A DNA stretch of 64,000 nucleotides from Dimorphilus gyrociliatus (GCA_904063045.1 CAJFCJ010000003.1:930001-994000), one strand, 5' to 3'. Counted from the stretch's first letter, positions 12,428 to 26,821 are shown. Numbers and translations: made by a program. The notes: a model not told the origin generated them from the sequence alone.

Positions 12428-13776
12428 TATTTTTTGCGTAGTTAGACGCCTCTTCTTTGCTTTTCTCTCTCTCTCTCCCTCTCTCTCTTATTTTCTCTCC
12501 ACTATTTGCTCATTTACTCCTCTATTTCTTAAATTTCTTTTTACTCCCACTTTTCCCTCCTTTACCCATTTTCTCAATTTACCTGTCCGCTCCAGATCGA
12601 TTCATGATAAAAATCTGAACTGGAATAGATTGATTTGAAATAAGAGGTCTACTTGACTTTTATCCCCATACCTTTTTCTGACGCCGGTTTTAGTTTTATC
12701 AATAATTTACCTCTTAACCTTGAATAAAAAAAAACGTTCTGTTTAGAGGCTGAAGTAACGCTACACTAATTATTATCGATAATAGTTTATTGCCATTAAA
12801 ATTGTTTACGTATGGTATTTTACTGGAATGAGCAGAGCAGGTCGACAAAGTCACGCTATTTTCTTTTTAGACTGTATAGCAAATACCATCCCTCTATCTC
12901 TTGTTCCTGTCTCAACTTCCTAAACAAATTGTTTGATATTTCTGCATTTAAAGTTCTATCCACGCCTTTTTAAATTCTATTATGATGGAAATGAAGCTGG
13001 AAGAAAAAGATAGATAGATAGATAGACAGAAATAGAGACAGATAGACGCATAGATAGATGGAGAGAGAGAGAGAGAGAATAGGGGGGGATGTAGAGAAGG
13101 GAGGAAGGAATGGCAATGCTATTCTAAAGCTAATACCATTAATGGATAAAATATAAAGTTAGGTCAAAGTATAGAGCACATACTTTATTTTGTCACTTTT
13201 TTTTATCGATAGATATTTTTAGTATCAATTAATTGATGAGGGCATTAAAAAAAGTTATAGAGAATACGACGTTTGTCACGTTATTTCTATAGATTAGTTA
13301 GTCAACTGTATTTAGAATCATTCTCTATTTATTATTTACTAAACAGAATATTCATTTAATCTATAAAAACCATAGAATTTATAGAAAACTATTTACATAA
13401 TATTGGCGAAAGGAAAAACAAAAAACAGCAGATATATAGCACTTGGTGTTTAAAGAAATATCTATATATACATATTGTACATAGAAGAAAAACATATACT
13501 TGTCTATTTTTTTTTTAAAAAAAAAAGGAAAAAAAAACCTGTGACAAACAGTTTTTTTTACTTTAGATCTTAACAAAAAAAGACAAGAAACTATAGGTTT
13601 TTATACTCTGTTCTAAGGACTTGAATAAAATAGATATTCATTTACGAAAACAAAAAATATATAATTTCATATTATGCTTATTATTACCGTTGTTTCGACT
13701 TAGTTCGAATGAATTATGTATACTTTTTTTTCCTCTCGCTCTCTCTTTTTCTCTCTCATTCTATTTTTTCTTAGAA

Positions 13777-13784
13777 TGACGTCA
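13777..13784. promoter_or_regulatory. Perfect cAMP response element TGACGTCA
   Basis: Second exact CRE, about 75 nt upstream of the ATG at 13861. Confidence 0.5.
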
Positions 13785-13860
13785 TAAAAGTATCATTTAA
13801 CGTGTCTAATAACAAAATAGTACATATTTCTTTTTCAATATTATTTTTAGATTCCGACGG

Positions 13861-16800
13861 ATGAGTCGGACAAAGCTCTTGATTTTGTGCGCTTGCGCAC
13901 TATTCGCTGATAGTTTTGTTTTAAAGAATGAGGAATTTTTAGACCCGGTTAATGATAATCAAAGAGAAGAAGTCAATAAAGAAGATGTTCAGAAATTGTT
14001 TGATAATGCCAAAGCAGAAGATGTTTCTAATGAAGAAATTGCCAAGGTTATGAAAGAATCTAACATAGATGGGAGTGAGCATAAAATAGAAGAGACTGTT
14101 GATAAGAACGGCCAAGAGGCTGTTGTTCATGTAAAGGAAACTGTACAAGACAATCCTGAAGACGAGGAGCGTGTCATTAATGAGGAGGTATTTAGTATCC
14201 CTGAGGAAGATGACACCGAAGTTAAGAGAAAGAGAAAAAGATCAATGAAGAGAGATGATAAACAGCAAGTAGAACTACTTAGTGATCTCTTAAAATTAGA
14301 AGAACAAGAGAATAATGACCTAGCCAACGCCCTAAGTCTTGCTACAATGAACCAAGTTAGCGGAGATGCAAATGAGCATCTTGAAGCGGAAATTAATTAC
14401 TTGAAGAAAGCGATCGCAGACGAAAACAGAATTTCTGAAATTAAAGAGAGACTTGGCCTTAGTATAAAAGACGAAGATGAAGAAGGAGAGGAAGAAGAAG
14501 AAGAAGAAGAAGAGCCACCGTTAAATATTCCTGTAAAAAAGGACATAGCCGATGAATTAATTTCTGAGAACAATGATATATATCAGGAGGAAGATAACGA
14601 TGAAGCAGACGATGAAACAGAAAGAGAAATGGAAAGTAATGAAGAAGAAAGACAAAGTCAAGTAGATGATATAGTTAGGAAACAATTACTAGAATATTTG
14701 TACGAAAATGAAAGAGCATCATCAGACTCTGGTTTGTATAGATAAACATAGAAAGAGTGTTCATGTATATACTGTATTAATATATTGATACACTGAATGC
14801 TTTTTCAATTGAATTTATAAAACTAATAAGTAAAATATTCAACATTTTTAGAAGTCTACCTAAATCCATTTTATCGCGAACTAATGGAAAAATACGGATT
14901 ACAAAATACAAATAAAAGAGGTAAAAATTCTGTTTGTCACTATATAAACATATTGCGTATTAAATCATGAAAATGTAAGCCAACTTATCAAATTAATTCT
15001 TTTTTTATATTTAAATGAGAAGTTTTATGATTACAATTCATGTATATCCGTTATATTTATAACGGAATATATATATGTTCAATACTATAAGTTTTATATT
15101 TCCCTTTTGTAGATGAATGCCCGGCAATTGCTGAATATTCTAGTCAATGCAGATTCGCCTTTGAAAGTTCTATTGAACTGGATGGAGAAGCTCTAGAAAT
15201 GTGTAATAAACACGAAATGTGCTACATTTGCGTAAGTTTTTTCTTCTCTTCCTTTATCAATTTTTATTCCATTCTTTTTATATCCTTTTCCTGTCTCTTT
15301 TACTTTTCCTCATATGTCTTTTATAGTTCCATTCAGCAATAGGCCTACGTGCCTTAAAAGCTATTTGACATTGAGTTTTTATAAGCGGAAAACCGATAAA
15401 GATTTTTTTTTCTTTTTTTTTTTTGCAAAAGAAAGAAAAAGGTGAAAATAGTCAATAGTCCTATTACGCATGAAAAGTTCTTTTACATAGAATTTTTACC
15501 TTTTTATTCATTATTCAACAAAACAAGAAAATTCTGTCTTTAAATCAGTAATTAAATAAATTAGTTAGCCATTCTAATCGGGAAGAATTACCTGATTAAT
15601 TAATTCCATTGGGTTTATGAAAAAATACTAAATATTTTATACTAGAAATATAATAATGATGATTTTGCCGTCTCGCATCAATCTGATAATGAGCTTCCCA
15701 CTATAGGGATTAGAAAGGACTAATCAAGTATATGATAAAATTATGAAAAAGTACAGATTATTTAATTTTTAATTGTTATTCTTTATTAAAGACAAAGGCT
15801 AGTTGAAAAAAAATTCATTATATTATAAGACAAGTTTTCTCTCAGCCTGTAATATTCCCAAAGTTAGGTTCTAAGTAGACTTAAACAATTCCAAGGACAG
15901 TAGTATCAGATAATTATGTAAGATAAACTTTTTTCCCCACGGTAATGTAATGTAACAACTTCTAGGTACTTGTAAATAAACCGGTCCGAATAATATTAAA
16001 TATATACCCATAAGCACATAGAATAAAACTAAAAATAGTATAGTAAATTACTCTGTTATCAGTCGTATCTATCTAATGATTTGTTCACCCGTTAAAACTT
16101 GCTATTTTTTTATTATACTTGGTAGAGTTTTCAAACAAAATGAAGCATTGAACTGATTAAATGTGAAAAAAATTGTCATCTATCAACTCATTCCATTTAG
16201 ATAGAATAAATCAAAGTCAAAGAGAGAGAGAGAGAGAGAGAGATATCAACGCTCTTTGGAAATATCAGAAATATGCAAGTTAAGCAAAAAATGAAAATTT
16301 CTACCATTCATTTCAATACCATACATTCATATATCTTTTCTTATTACTTTGGCCAATCTGTGAAATCTAAGTACAATCAATTCTTTAAATCTATGTATAT
16401 GGTATCATTAGATTTGTAAATGTCAATTCTAGAAATGTTATATTGTCATGCAAACACGACATACAAGTGCTTAATCATATCAACCAGTATGCGTATTTTT
16501 TTGTATTATATATATACAGTATATATCCTTTTCAATTTTTTAGTATTTTGGGAGTTGCCTTAAAATTCTAATTGAATTTTGTCCTTTGCATAGGATTTAA
16601 TTTGACTAAAATCGATTAATATGAACTTAATTCCTAAGCTTTTGAGAATTTAAATAAGAATGTTGGACTCTTTCTGGGATGCTTTTTGAGATGATAGAAA
16701 AGAAACAAATCACTTGTCTTTTGAAGGATAAAGCTGTAATTAGGATTTTATATAAGTATATATATATATAACTCATGCTACGTTTAGACTACACAGTGAA

Positions 16801-18319
16801 ACATTATTCTAGCATAATTCTAATAGAAATCTCTCTCTCTCTCTCTCTTTTGCTAGTATCTTTCTCTATCGGATTATCCCCTCACTTTTTAGTCTTATCA
16901 GCTATACGTAATGAAGAAACTGATAAAAAGGATTAAGGAATAAGTAATCTTAGTAAATCTCTTCAAGTCAAATTGGATAGATGTCTAGAATTGTATAAGG
17001 CTGAAGTTTGAGGAAGTGAAAAAAGAATTTTTTCCCTTCTATAATAGTAATATCGTCGACATTTTATGATTTATAAGGCTTTTCTCTTTCCTTGTATGTC
17101 TTATAAATTTACATTCTCTCCTGACCTAGATTTTGTTTTATTAAATGCTTTGGAAAAAAAAGACAGTATAGAAAATTTTAGCTCCTTCATTTGTATATAT
17201 CTTTAGTTTTTATCATATTTCTAATTAAACGTCTCTCATTGATTTTGTAAAGACAACTATACAGAGTATGAGAATACGGTTATATATACTGTATTCATTT
17301 GTAAATAAAGCATTAAATATGTATATACTCTTTTTTTATAATTGCTTAGCTGGTCGTTTTTGTCAAGGTAATTTAGCTCTTCACTTAGAAGAAAAGCTGA
17401 ATTATCATTCTAAAAGTTATATTTAGTTGAGTTAATATGAAGGAAGATGCTTCCTTCTTTTCTTTCTTTTGTCGTTCGCTTTGGCTTGTGATAGAGAGAA
17501 AGTGGAATTGAGAGAGAAGGAGGCGTTATGGAATCATATTTAGAGACGCTTAAGTAGAAAAATTATTTTCTCTCTGCTTGATAATTATTCTCCCTTCACT
17601 CAGTTCTTACATTAGCAGAATATGAAAATGTCATATACACATATATAACCTGGTCAATTTCTTTATATATATATATATATTATATAACGTTAATTATTGT
17701 AAAGCTATGCAAATAGACGTTTTATTTGGTGAATTAGGCCTTTTTCTCTCTTTATTAATTAAAAACTTTATCAAGATTTGACATACTGTAAAGGACGTTT
17801 ATCACTTTGAAAGATACATTTAGGTTGGAATTAAATAAAGTGGCAACTCTATTAGATGCAATAGCGAAATAATTTAACTGTAATCTACTCTTATTCTTTC
17901 CCCTTTACAACCAATCCTTCTTACTTTCTGTCGTTTTTCTCATCTATTTTTTCTCCTTTTATTCCTCTATTTACTCATATTTACCTATATGAAGAGTAAA
18001 CACCAACCTATAGGTTTATATATATATATATACATATACTAATATACATATCTAATAATGTATGGCTTTCACTTAAATCTTCTTCATTTTTTTCTTTTTT
18101 TTTATCTAGGGTTCAGCTTTAGGCCTATCAGCATCCCACTGCGACGTCAGCTATTTGCGTGAAGCATCAAAGGCCTGCAAACGTGAAGACTATAACAACT
18201 GTGGTAGGGAGGCTGCAGATCTTTTCTTCCTGATGCGTCAAAGGCAGCGTTACAAATCAAATTCGCCAGATATGTGCTACTCCCAATGCATAATCGATTA
18301 CTTAATCGGACAAAGTTAG
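13861..18319 (+). CDS. Acidic granin-like secretory precursor with C-terminal 10-Cys sPLA2-like module (422 aa, 4 coding exons)
   Basis: Exons 13861-14731, 14852-14920, 15113-15231 and 18110-18319, all GT-AG with consistent phases (1, 1, 0). Signal peptide MSRTKLLILCACALFADS; D/E-rich body; basic sites KRKRKRSMKR and TNKR|DEC; then CNKHEMCYICG...HCDVSYLREASKAC, resembling the CxxHDxCYxCG..CD motif of sPLA2 groups IX/XII. Confidence 0.85.
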
Positions 18320-20966
18320 GCTTTAACTGGTTCTTTATATTTCCCTCCGACATTTTATCAGCGAAAAGATCTGGCAAAGAAATATTCATATTCTAGACGG
18401 AATTGGTTGAAGAAGCCACCACCAGTCAAGCCGTAGTGGAAGAAGTTTTTTTGCTGGTTGTTTTGCTGTATCAAATAATGGAATGAGGGAAAATATTAGA
18501 CTGGTTTTCTTCTTTGTTCCAGAGAATTTTTTTTCTCGTTTGAAAAAAAAGTTTGTGTTGTAACGTCATGAAATAAATAAGTGTTGTAACGAGAGTTTAA
18601 CTGGAAGAAGCAGTGAACCTTGTTGACCTTAATTTCACTTTATTATTACTTTTTTTTCTATTTAATATGCATATTTAGTAATTTTCGCCATTTAAAAAAT
18701 ATCTTAGATAACAATAATACTAAGCTAAAAAGAAAGAAAGAAATAGTCAACTTTGTATCTCTATAAGCTTGTAGAAATAAATAGAGAAATAGAGAGGTTG
18801 AGAATTTCAAGGAGAAGATAAAAAAGACATAAAATTCAATTCTTTTCTTTAGGTCCATATTTCTATTGATTATTTCCAAGATACAGTTGCTAAAACACAA
18901 ACAAAACAAAGAATTATCTTAAACAATTATCGATTCTATATAAATTTCTATCATAATGTAAAAATATCGATTAAATATTAACAAGTTTTTATAATTTCGC
19001 TAAATATTCGATATGAGAATATTATACTATATATATAAAACATATGCATCGCCTCTCTCTCTCTCTCTCTCTCTGTAACAACCGATATATTACATATAGC
19101 TAACTCTACTCTATCAGCTATTTAGCAAACGTTGCTAAAAAAAAAGACCCCCATTGAACGAACATTTCAAAAACATTATGATGCACTGCCATGTACTTTT
19201 TACGGTGGTAAATTGATATATCATATCGATATGATTATTATTTCTATCAAAAGGCAAAAAAAACACGTTACTCTTATTAATTACATGGACTATTTAACTT
19301 GTTTACGTAGTTAACTTTCCAATTTCACAGTCTTGTATAAAAATTATTACGTAATGGCATAATTTTCCAATATTCTCTTATTAGCTAGTTTGTTTAAAAT
19401 CTATAAATTTTATAGGCGTTTCTTCACCAAGTGGTAAAAAAAATATATACAATATAAGCGTCTCTGTTTTCTCTTATGGAGTGTAATTTTATTTTATATT
19501 CCACTTATCTACCTTCAACAGAGCGATAGATATTTCAAAGAAAGCCGCTAGAGAGTCAGCTATTTAAATATAGAGAGTTATTAAACAAAGAGATATCCAA
19601 CTTATTAAATATACGTTTGTTTGTTTGCTTGTTTGAAAATTATCAATTAAAAAATGTAATTTTATTCAAAATATTACAATTTATCTTTGTGTTAGAAATT
19701 TAATACTAATTTATTATATTTTATTAATGAAATTCTATCGTATCGTTTTACTTTCATAATAGAAATAATAAAACGTTAAATAACTAAGGAAAGTTTATAT
19801 TTTTGTCGTTTAATTATAATCGTTTAATAAGATTTTATAGTAAATTAAATAATTTAAGAAGAAAGATGAAAATCTTAATTAGCAATTAATTTTCTATAAA
19901 ATATAACAGAGGAACATTCTATTTAATCTATAAAACATTAAAGTCCTATTACTATGAAGATTACTATCTAACCAACTGAATTGGATAGTACTATCGTTCG
20001 TTATATTAATAGATTATTGTACAAGGTATTTATTACTGAATGGATGACATTTCTTATTGGCGACCAATAGAACATCTGCACTTCTTTTATGTTTGTAAAA
20101 GATAGGCTATATTAAATTGGCTAATGGAAAAACAACAATGACGACAATGACGGGGAGAAGGGGAAAGCAGTTTTATATTCGTCTTTAGATATTGTATCGT
20201 TAATTATAAGTCAACTTGAAAAATCTCGGTTACTGATGAATTTCTCAAGAAACGTACATTTAACAAAATACCTCTTAAATTAATAATATAAAAACTACTA
20301 TATATCAGTATTTTGCTCTCAATATAAGACATTTAGCAATTTAATTACCATTGATCCTTTTCTTAGTCATTTTCCTGAAGGTCATTTTCCTAATAGACTC
20401 TTCCCGCGAATATACCTAATTGTTTCTTTTATAGGAAGTCTAACATTTTTTGCATTGAAAAAATAAACATTAATAACAAAACTAATGAACAAAAAAGATT
20501 TATTGCATAGATATTTAAGGTTGATGAATATAACAAAGTGCAGTTCAACTTGAAAAGAAACAAATCTAAATATGGAACATTGATAGGAACACTTACGTAT
20601 TTTCTACCCAAGTTTATATAAACATATCGATATTCAGTATTGAATATTTAAATATGGTAATAGTACAAGGTTTTTATCAATAAATGACAAGAGAATAATT
20701 TTCACCGTTCTCCAATTACTCTTTTTGAATTATTGGCTATTTTTCAATCAATATATCAGTCTATTTATCGCCAAACGAAAGAAATTTATATGAACTATGA
20801 TTCACAGTTCTAAAGTGGAACAATAGATAAATTATTATTGAAAGTATTCTGTTGCTAGCTTTCAGGCAAACTTTTCACTTTATACAGTATTTAAATAAAA
20901 CAATCAAAGGATGATAGAATAGAAAATCAGGCACTTGTTAAAAGTTGGACAACTTTATCCGTAGTT

Positions 20967-22533
20967 TTAGCCGTAATTTAGACGTTCAAAATAGTTATAA
21001 TCGATAAGAAAAGCAGCACCAATCATAATTGCTTTATTCATAACTGATACCGATTTGTCGTGAACTGTTTTATTATGAATAGAATTTTAATTCATTAATT
21101 AATTTTTATTTACTAATATAAATAATGTAACTAACTTAAAATCGTAAAATCATTGGCTTCGGCACAAACTTCTCTAAATCCTCCCCAGTGTTTCTGAATA
21201 TCGGCCACTTCGTAAGAATCCCTCAATACCTATAATTATAAAGCTAATCAATCCCTCATTTCTGAGTAAAATTATCTTTTTTTTCATCAAAATCTGAGGA
21301 ATAGGTAATAAAAACCAAACCCTAAAATGCACATCAGTATAACATTTACTGTGGCAACAGTCTCCTATTATAGTATATAAAAGGTTTCCATCTGTGTCAT
21401 GAATTTCGTATGTAGGTATACACATAGTCCACCTAGTTAAATAGAAAAATAACCTTATCAGCCATAACATGTATTATTTTTTATTTATGCGTTTAAAAAA
21501 GGAAGCGTCTAGAATTCCTACATCTCTTTAATAGTTGCTACTAATTGTCCAGGTGGGCAATAGATTTCCATCCTTTGAAGACAACATGGACAAAGAAAAC
21601 CTTGGCAATTAAGTGGTCTATTTAGTGCTATGACTGGTATTTCACCATTTGCACTGGATGTAGAGATTTCCATACGTAAAGATCGAAATATATTACAACA
21701 ATATCGCTGTAAACACTCAGATTCTGTAGCAAAAAACAAAAAAATCTTTCTCAAGATATTCATATTAATAAATAGTACAATTAATTATGTCTTTTTTTTA
21801 TATATATATTTTTATTAATTTTTTTTACCTTCCTTAGCATAAAATAATTGCTGTTCTGTATCATTGCAGATTTTATAACGATTACATTTTTCCAGTACAG
21901 TTAAAACTGTTAAAATATATAATAGAAAAATCTGTTACTAATTTTACGTTTTTGTTTTTGTTTTTCAATTCATAAAAATATAGATATAATAAAAAATATA
22001 TATAACGCAAATGTTATTCATTCGAAAGTGTTAAATGCAATTAATAACGATTACTTCCTTTTCGTATAATATAAAAAATATATTATTTTTTTCAGATTTA
22101 CATTCATGAAACTTCTATTCAATTGAACTTGTAATGCTCACACTGACATAAAAACACGATTTATCAGTATTTTAATGTATATACACTGTATATATATATA
22201 TATATATATATACAGTATAGTCATTAAAATACTAATAAATGGCATATCGTATATACTGTATATATTAGTATATAAAGTTAACACCCCCGTATTGGTTTAT
22301 TAGTTACCTTCCACTAGCTGAACTTCTTGATGAATGTGAAATTTATCTACATTAGCTATAAGATCCAATCCACTTGGATTCGAAGGTATAACTTCAGACG
22401 TAGGCTGAGTTTGTATCACATTGCAATCATCAGTTTCATCCTTTAAATCTAATCCTTGATTTGAATATTCTTCCGCTTCCAATGAATGTTTTTCATCGCT
22501 TATTGGCTCTTCAGTTATGACTTGTTCGCTCAT
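20967..22533 (-). CDS. PLSCR: Phospholipid scramblase, paralog A (269 aa, 6 exons)
   Basis: Exons 22533-22308, 21906-21829, 21723-21522, 21432-21321, 21229-21136 and 21064-20967, with phases closing correctly. Motifs: HQEVQLVE, NRYKI, ESECLQRYCC, RPLNCQGFLCPCCLQ, and C-terminal KAIMIGAAFLIDYNYFE. Confidence 0.95.
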
Positions 22534-22605
22534 TTTTCATAAAATAAAAATTTTGTATACATATGAAAACAAGCGTATTTTAGCTTGTTCCAGCACAAAC
22601 AACCA

Positions 22606-22613
22606 TCACGTGA
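22606..22613. promoter_or_regulatory. TCACGTGA E-box upstream of scramblase A
   Basis: Palindrome 73 nt upstream of the ATG at 22533; the position is matched in paralogs B and C. Confidence 0.6.
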
Positions 22614-23448
22614 TATCAATACTAAACAGTTGATTATAGGGGAAAAGCTCGGGAAAAGAATCAATAAGAAGTGCTAGGGTAGAATAGCTAGGTAGTGAAG
22701 AAGCTGTTTCTAGCTCATATTTGAAATAAGACCACTTACCCCTCCCTCCTCACACCCGACATGTAAAAAGGGTTCTTCCTCTACAATTTATACTTCCTCC
22801 GCTTATAAATAAATGTAGATGCATATACTGTATATATTAATATATAAAATATATACTATCTATAGCTTAAATTACATTTTCCTCCCTTTAGTATAAACAA
22901 TCAAGTTATTATATCTTAACTTGAAGATTAATGATTTATTAATTGTAATAAAGAAAAATATATTGAATCATATCACGTGTTCGGTGAAATTATTACATTA
23001 TCACCTATTTATGATTGTCTATGTTTGCTCTTTAATCCTTTTTACGTAACTGATGAATCGTTAAAAAGAAGTGTTAACATATATTGTGTATATTTATAAA
23101 AGTATATACATTTATCCATTTCCAATAGACAGAAAAACTATATTCTAATTATATATGACAATTAAAATGTCTTTTATTCAGTTGGCCGTGACATATTCTG
23201 TATGGAAAGTCATACAGATCTGAAAGAATTAAATGGAAAATCTGGATAATCGCTAGAATTAGCCCGATAATTTAGCTCTACTGAAAATATTTTCAAAAGG
23301 GAAAATTCTGTCACCAGTTCGCTTAAAGTGGAGACCTTATTAGCATCACTGCTCGAGCCCAACAGATGGAGCAATATACTTTCATTTGATTAAATTTATT
23401 TTGAATGAAATGAAAATTTATAGACTATTAGTTCCTTTTAATGCTATG

Positions 23449-23479
<31 letters not shown>

Positions 23480-25421
23480 AGAGAAAGAGAGAAAAGAGAG
23501 AGACAAAAAGAAAATTCCATTGGATAAATAGTCAATAAAAAATCAGTTATTCTACTTTTGAAGAATGTGTAAATTATTGGAAATAAAAACTAAAACTCTT
23601 TCAAGTACACTCACCATGTCATTAAAGATATGAGATTCTTTTTCCAGTTCTCTTCTAATTCTTGGAAAAATGTCGTAATAAAATCAATAAAATCTAATGC
23701 AGTAAAAAATACTCTGCTTATTTCCTTTCAATATTCTCTATTATTCCCTGTCCTACATTTAATTACTTCAACAAATACGATTTACTTAGAGAGGGGAGGA
23801 ACAAAAAAAAGGAAAGTTTAAAGATGCATTAAATTAGCTTTAATAAATAAGAAAAAGTAAATGAATTCATCAATCAATAAAATCCCATTTATCACATATT
23901 AAGGCCTAGTGGTACGAATTTCCAAATAAAAGCTAAAAAAATATTTGGAATATCTATTCTTTTAAATGTATTCTCTCTTTAATATTCAATACGATTTCTC
24001 ATTTCCATTGACAAGTCATAAAAGATGTTATGTAAAGAATAGAGCACTTGTTTACTTTGTAAATTGTTCTATGGAGGTGTAAAACCTAGTAAAAAGAAAA
24101 AAGAAGGAAAAAGTAAGCTTTTACTTTAACAGATAAATGACCTCTTCTTCTATTTTTTCATTACTAATATTGTTGATATAATTAATTAGGATTTTAAGTT
24201 TAACAGATAAAAAAAGAGACACAATGGTCTACTTATGAAATATTGTATTCTAATAATTCCTTATTATTTAATTTCAATGAAAACATAAATGATTTCATCT
24301 GCAAAACATAAAAAAAATTAATAAATCAGCTTTTTCTTTTGGGAATTTCTAGTCTTTGTTTTGAAAATTTCATCATTCTATCTATAAAGCTTTAAAAAGT
24401 CTCTTAAATATCGACGTAATTAGCCTTTCGTTTTGTACTTAATTAGAATATGAATATGATATAGTTTTTGATAGTTTGTTGTTATAGTTTTATAATGAAA
24501 TTTCTTTTCTATAACTATAAAGCAATGATATAAACCATTCGTTCTCTTTTGTCAATTTATCTATACAAATAAATCAAGACCTCTATTACATAGAATAAAC
24601 TGCCATCTACTGGTTTTAATATAACTCTTTTGTTAATCGACTACTCTCGTTACTTCACATGAAAAATAGAGAATGGATCTAATTGAGTAGAATAAAAAAA
24701 ATACGGAAGATAGTAAGATAGAACTGATTATTATATCTTCATTTCAAGGGGTAGAATATGAGTCATTTTTTCCCCTCGTAATTTAAATTAGGTCAACAGC
24801 TTTTAGAAAAGTTGACTTAATAAAAAAATATACCATAAATCAATAAAAAATGAATAAATCAAAAAAATTGAAGTCATATTTTTCGTCTTCTTCACATTCT
24901 TTTTCTGTTTGTTTATTGTAATAAAATGTAAACTCACATTTGATAGTTAATTATCACACTTAAATAGTTAATTAGCTTTCTTCCTTACCCGCTTCAATGT
25001 ACCGAAGAAGCTAGTAATCAAGTGCTTCTTGACAAACTCTAGTTGAGTATTCAAATATATTATTTTTGAAGTAGATATAAAAATTCTGTTCCTAACATCT
25101 TCGGTGCTCTAATCTTAGATACTTGAGGTTATATAAAATTCAATTTATTTTTATCACATTACACGATTATAGAAACATTTAGAAGTTTCAATTATTTAAA
25201 GTAAATATTAGTTGTATATATATACAATATATATATATTAATAACCATGGTCTTTTATCACAAGAAGCATCATAAAAAACAAACAACGAGCTGTATATTA
25301 TGTTAGGTAATACTGAGTCCTGAAAAATAACTTTCTTTGTGTTCCTTTCTTTAATAATATTCGGCATACGAAACTTTCATAAAATACTTTCGCCGAGATA
25401 AAACGCTTAGCACATTCCTAA

Positions 25422-26736
25422 TTAATCATTGTGCTCAAAGTAATTAAAATCTATTAGGAAGGTTGCTCCAAGTAGAATAGCTTTGTTTGTTACGGATTCC
25501 GATTTGTCGTTAACTGTATTTCATTAAATAATTAAGATAATCAACTCGGATATTAATTCTTGAAATTAACTACTTACAAATAATTGAAAAATCATTTGCT
25601 TTTCCGCATACTTCTCTAAATCCTCCCCAATGTTTTTGAATATCTCCGATTTCCATGTCTCCTTTCAGGATCTGTTCAATATTTGTATACGAAATTGTAA
25701 AATACATGGAAAGTGGTGTTTAGAGGATACATACTTTGAAATGAACATCTGTACAACACTTACACACGCAGCAATCTCCAACAATTTGAAATAGTAGGGA
25801 ACCATTTGCATCGTAAATCTCGTATTTTGGAATACAGCAAGTCCACCTGAACGCAAGATCCGAATTCATTATACTCAAACCAATTGAATGGTGAAATATA
25901 CAAATACTTACACTTCTTTAATCGTTGCCGCCAGTTTCCCAATTGGAAATTGTATTTCCATCACTTGTAGGCAACATGGGCAACAGCATCCTTGACAATT
26001 TCGTGGTCGATTCAAGAATATCAGAGGAACTTCTCCTGCAGTTGTTACAGTTGAAATGTTCATTGTCATCGCACGAATAGGACCACAGCATTGTCTCTCG
26101 CAACATTCAGATTCTTTAAATTAATAAATACTTATTGTAAAGTTTAACGAGTATTGAGGAGATTACCTTCTCTAGCATAGAGTATTTGCTGGTCTTCGTC
26201 ATTGCAGATTTGATAGCGATTCCGTCTTTCCCACGAAGTGAAGACTATATAGGTATAAGAAATTAGAGGCTTTCAGATTATCGAAATTCAATATATGATT
26301 CACTTTTTCCTAATGTCTCAATCAATCATAAATGTAATAAGGAAAAAGAAAAATGTTCTCCTGTTTTGAAAATATCTAGCTTAGGTGTCACTAACTTTAA
26401 TGGTACTTAGCTTCTTTATAAATACTTAATGACAGTTTCTTAAATAAACAATATCGAAGATCTAACTTAACAAGATATATGGATTTTTGCATTAACAGCG
26501 ATACCTTCAATTAGATGTACTTCTTGATGAACGTGTATCTTTTGTAAATTGGCCAACATTTCTGCTCCACTGGCCTGGGTAGGTTGGTAACTTCCTTGCA
26601 CAGGTTGCATCTGAACGGCATTTCCACCATATCCAGAATTATATTGAGTATTATAAGCTGAATTAGAATATCCTCCTGCTTGATAAGGTGGTGGAGGATT
26701 ATTAGAAGGTTGTTCAGTTATTGGAGATTTGCTCAT
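25422..26736 (-). CDS. PLSCR: Phospholipid scramblase, paralog B (269 aa, 6 exons)
   Basis: Exons 26736-26505, 26244-26167, 26113-25912, 25846-25735, 25671-25578 and 25513-25422. The ATG is at 26736; the ORF track start at 26751 is a TTG. Pro/Tyr-rich N-terminus with PPPPY; CQGCCCPCCLQ; KAILLGATFLIDFNYFE. Confidence 0.95.
25429..26245. repeat. Near-identical duplicated block, copy 1 (partner 29829-30645, offset 4400)
   Basis: Only three differences seen by eye over about 815 bp, introns included (25461/29861, 25736/30136, 26222/30622). Confidence 0.93.
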
Positions 26737-26813
26737 TTTCGAAAAATTCAAAAATAATGTATATAAGCAAAAGCCTTGTTTTTTTTACCATATGAGACAA
26801 CTCCTACCTTTAA

Positions 26814-26821
26814 TCACGTGA
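26814..26821. promoter_or_regulatory. TCACGTGA E-box upstream of scramblase B
   Basis: 78 nt upstream of the ATG at 26736. A nearby CCCCACCTATTGG (CCAAT on the minus strand) is shared with paralog C. Confidence 0.6.

Noticed and set aside
25665-26106. Short ORFs repeated at 30065-30506
   Set aside because: Out-of-frame readings across scramblase exons and introns.
26494-26504. Intron donor GTATCG as a possible U12-type site
   Set aside because: Does not match the U12 consensus RTATCCTT.
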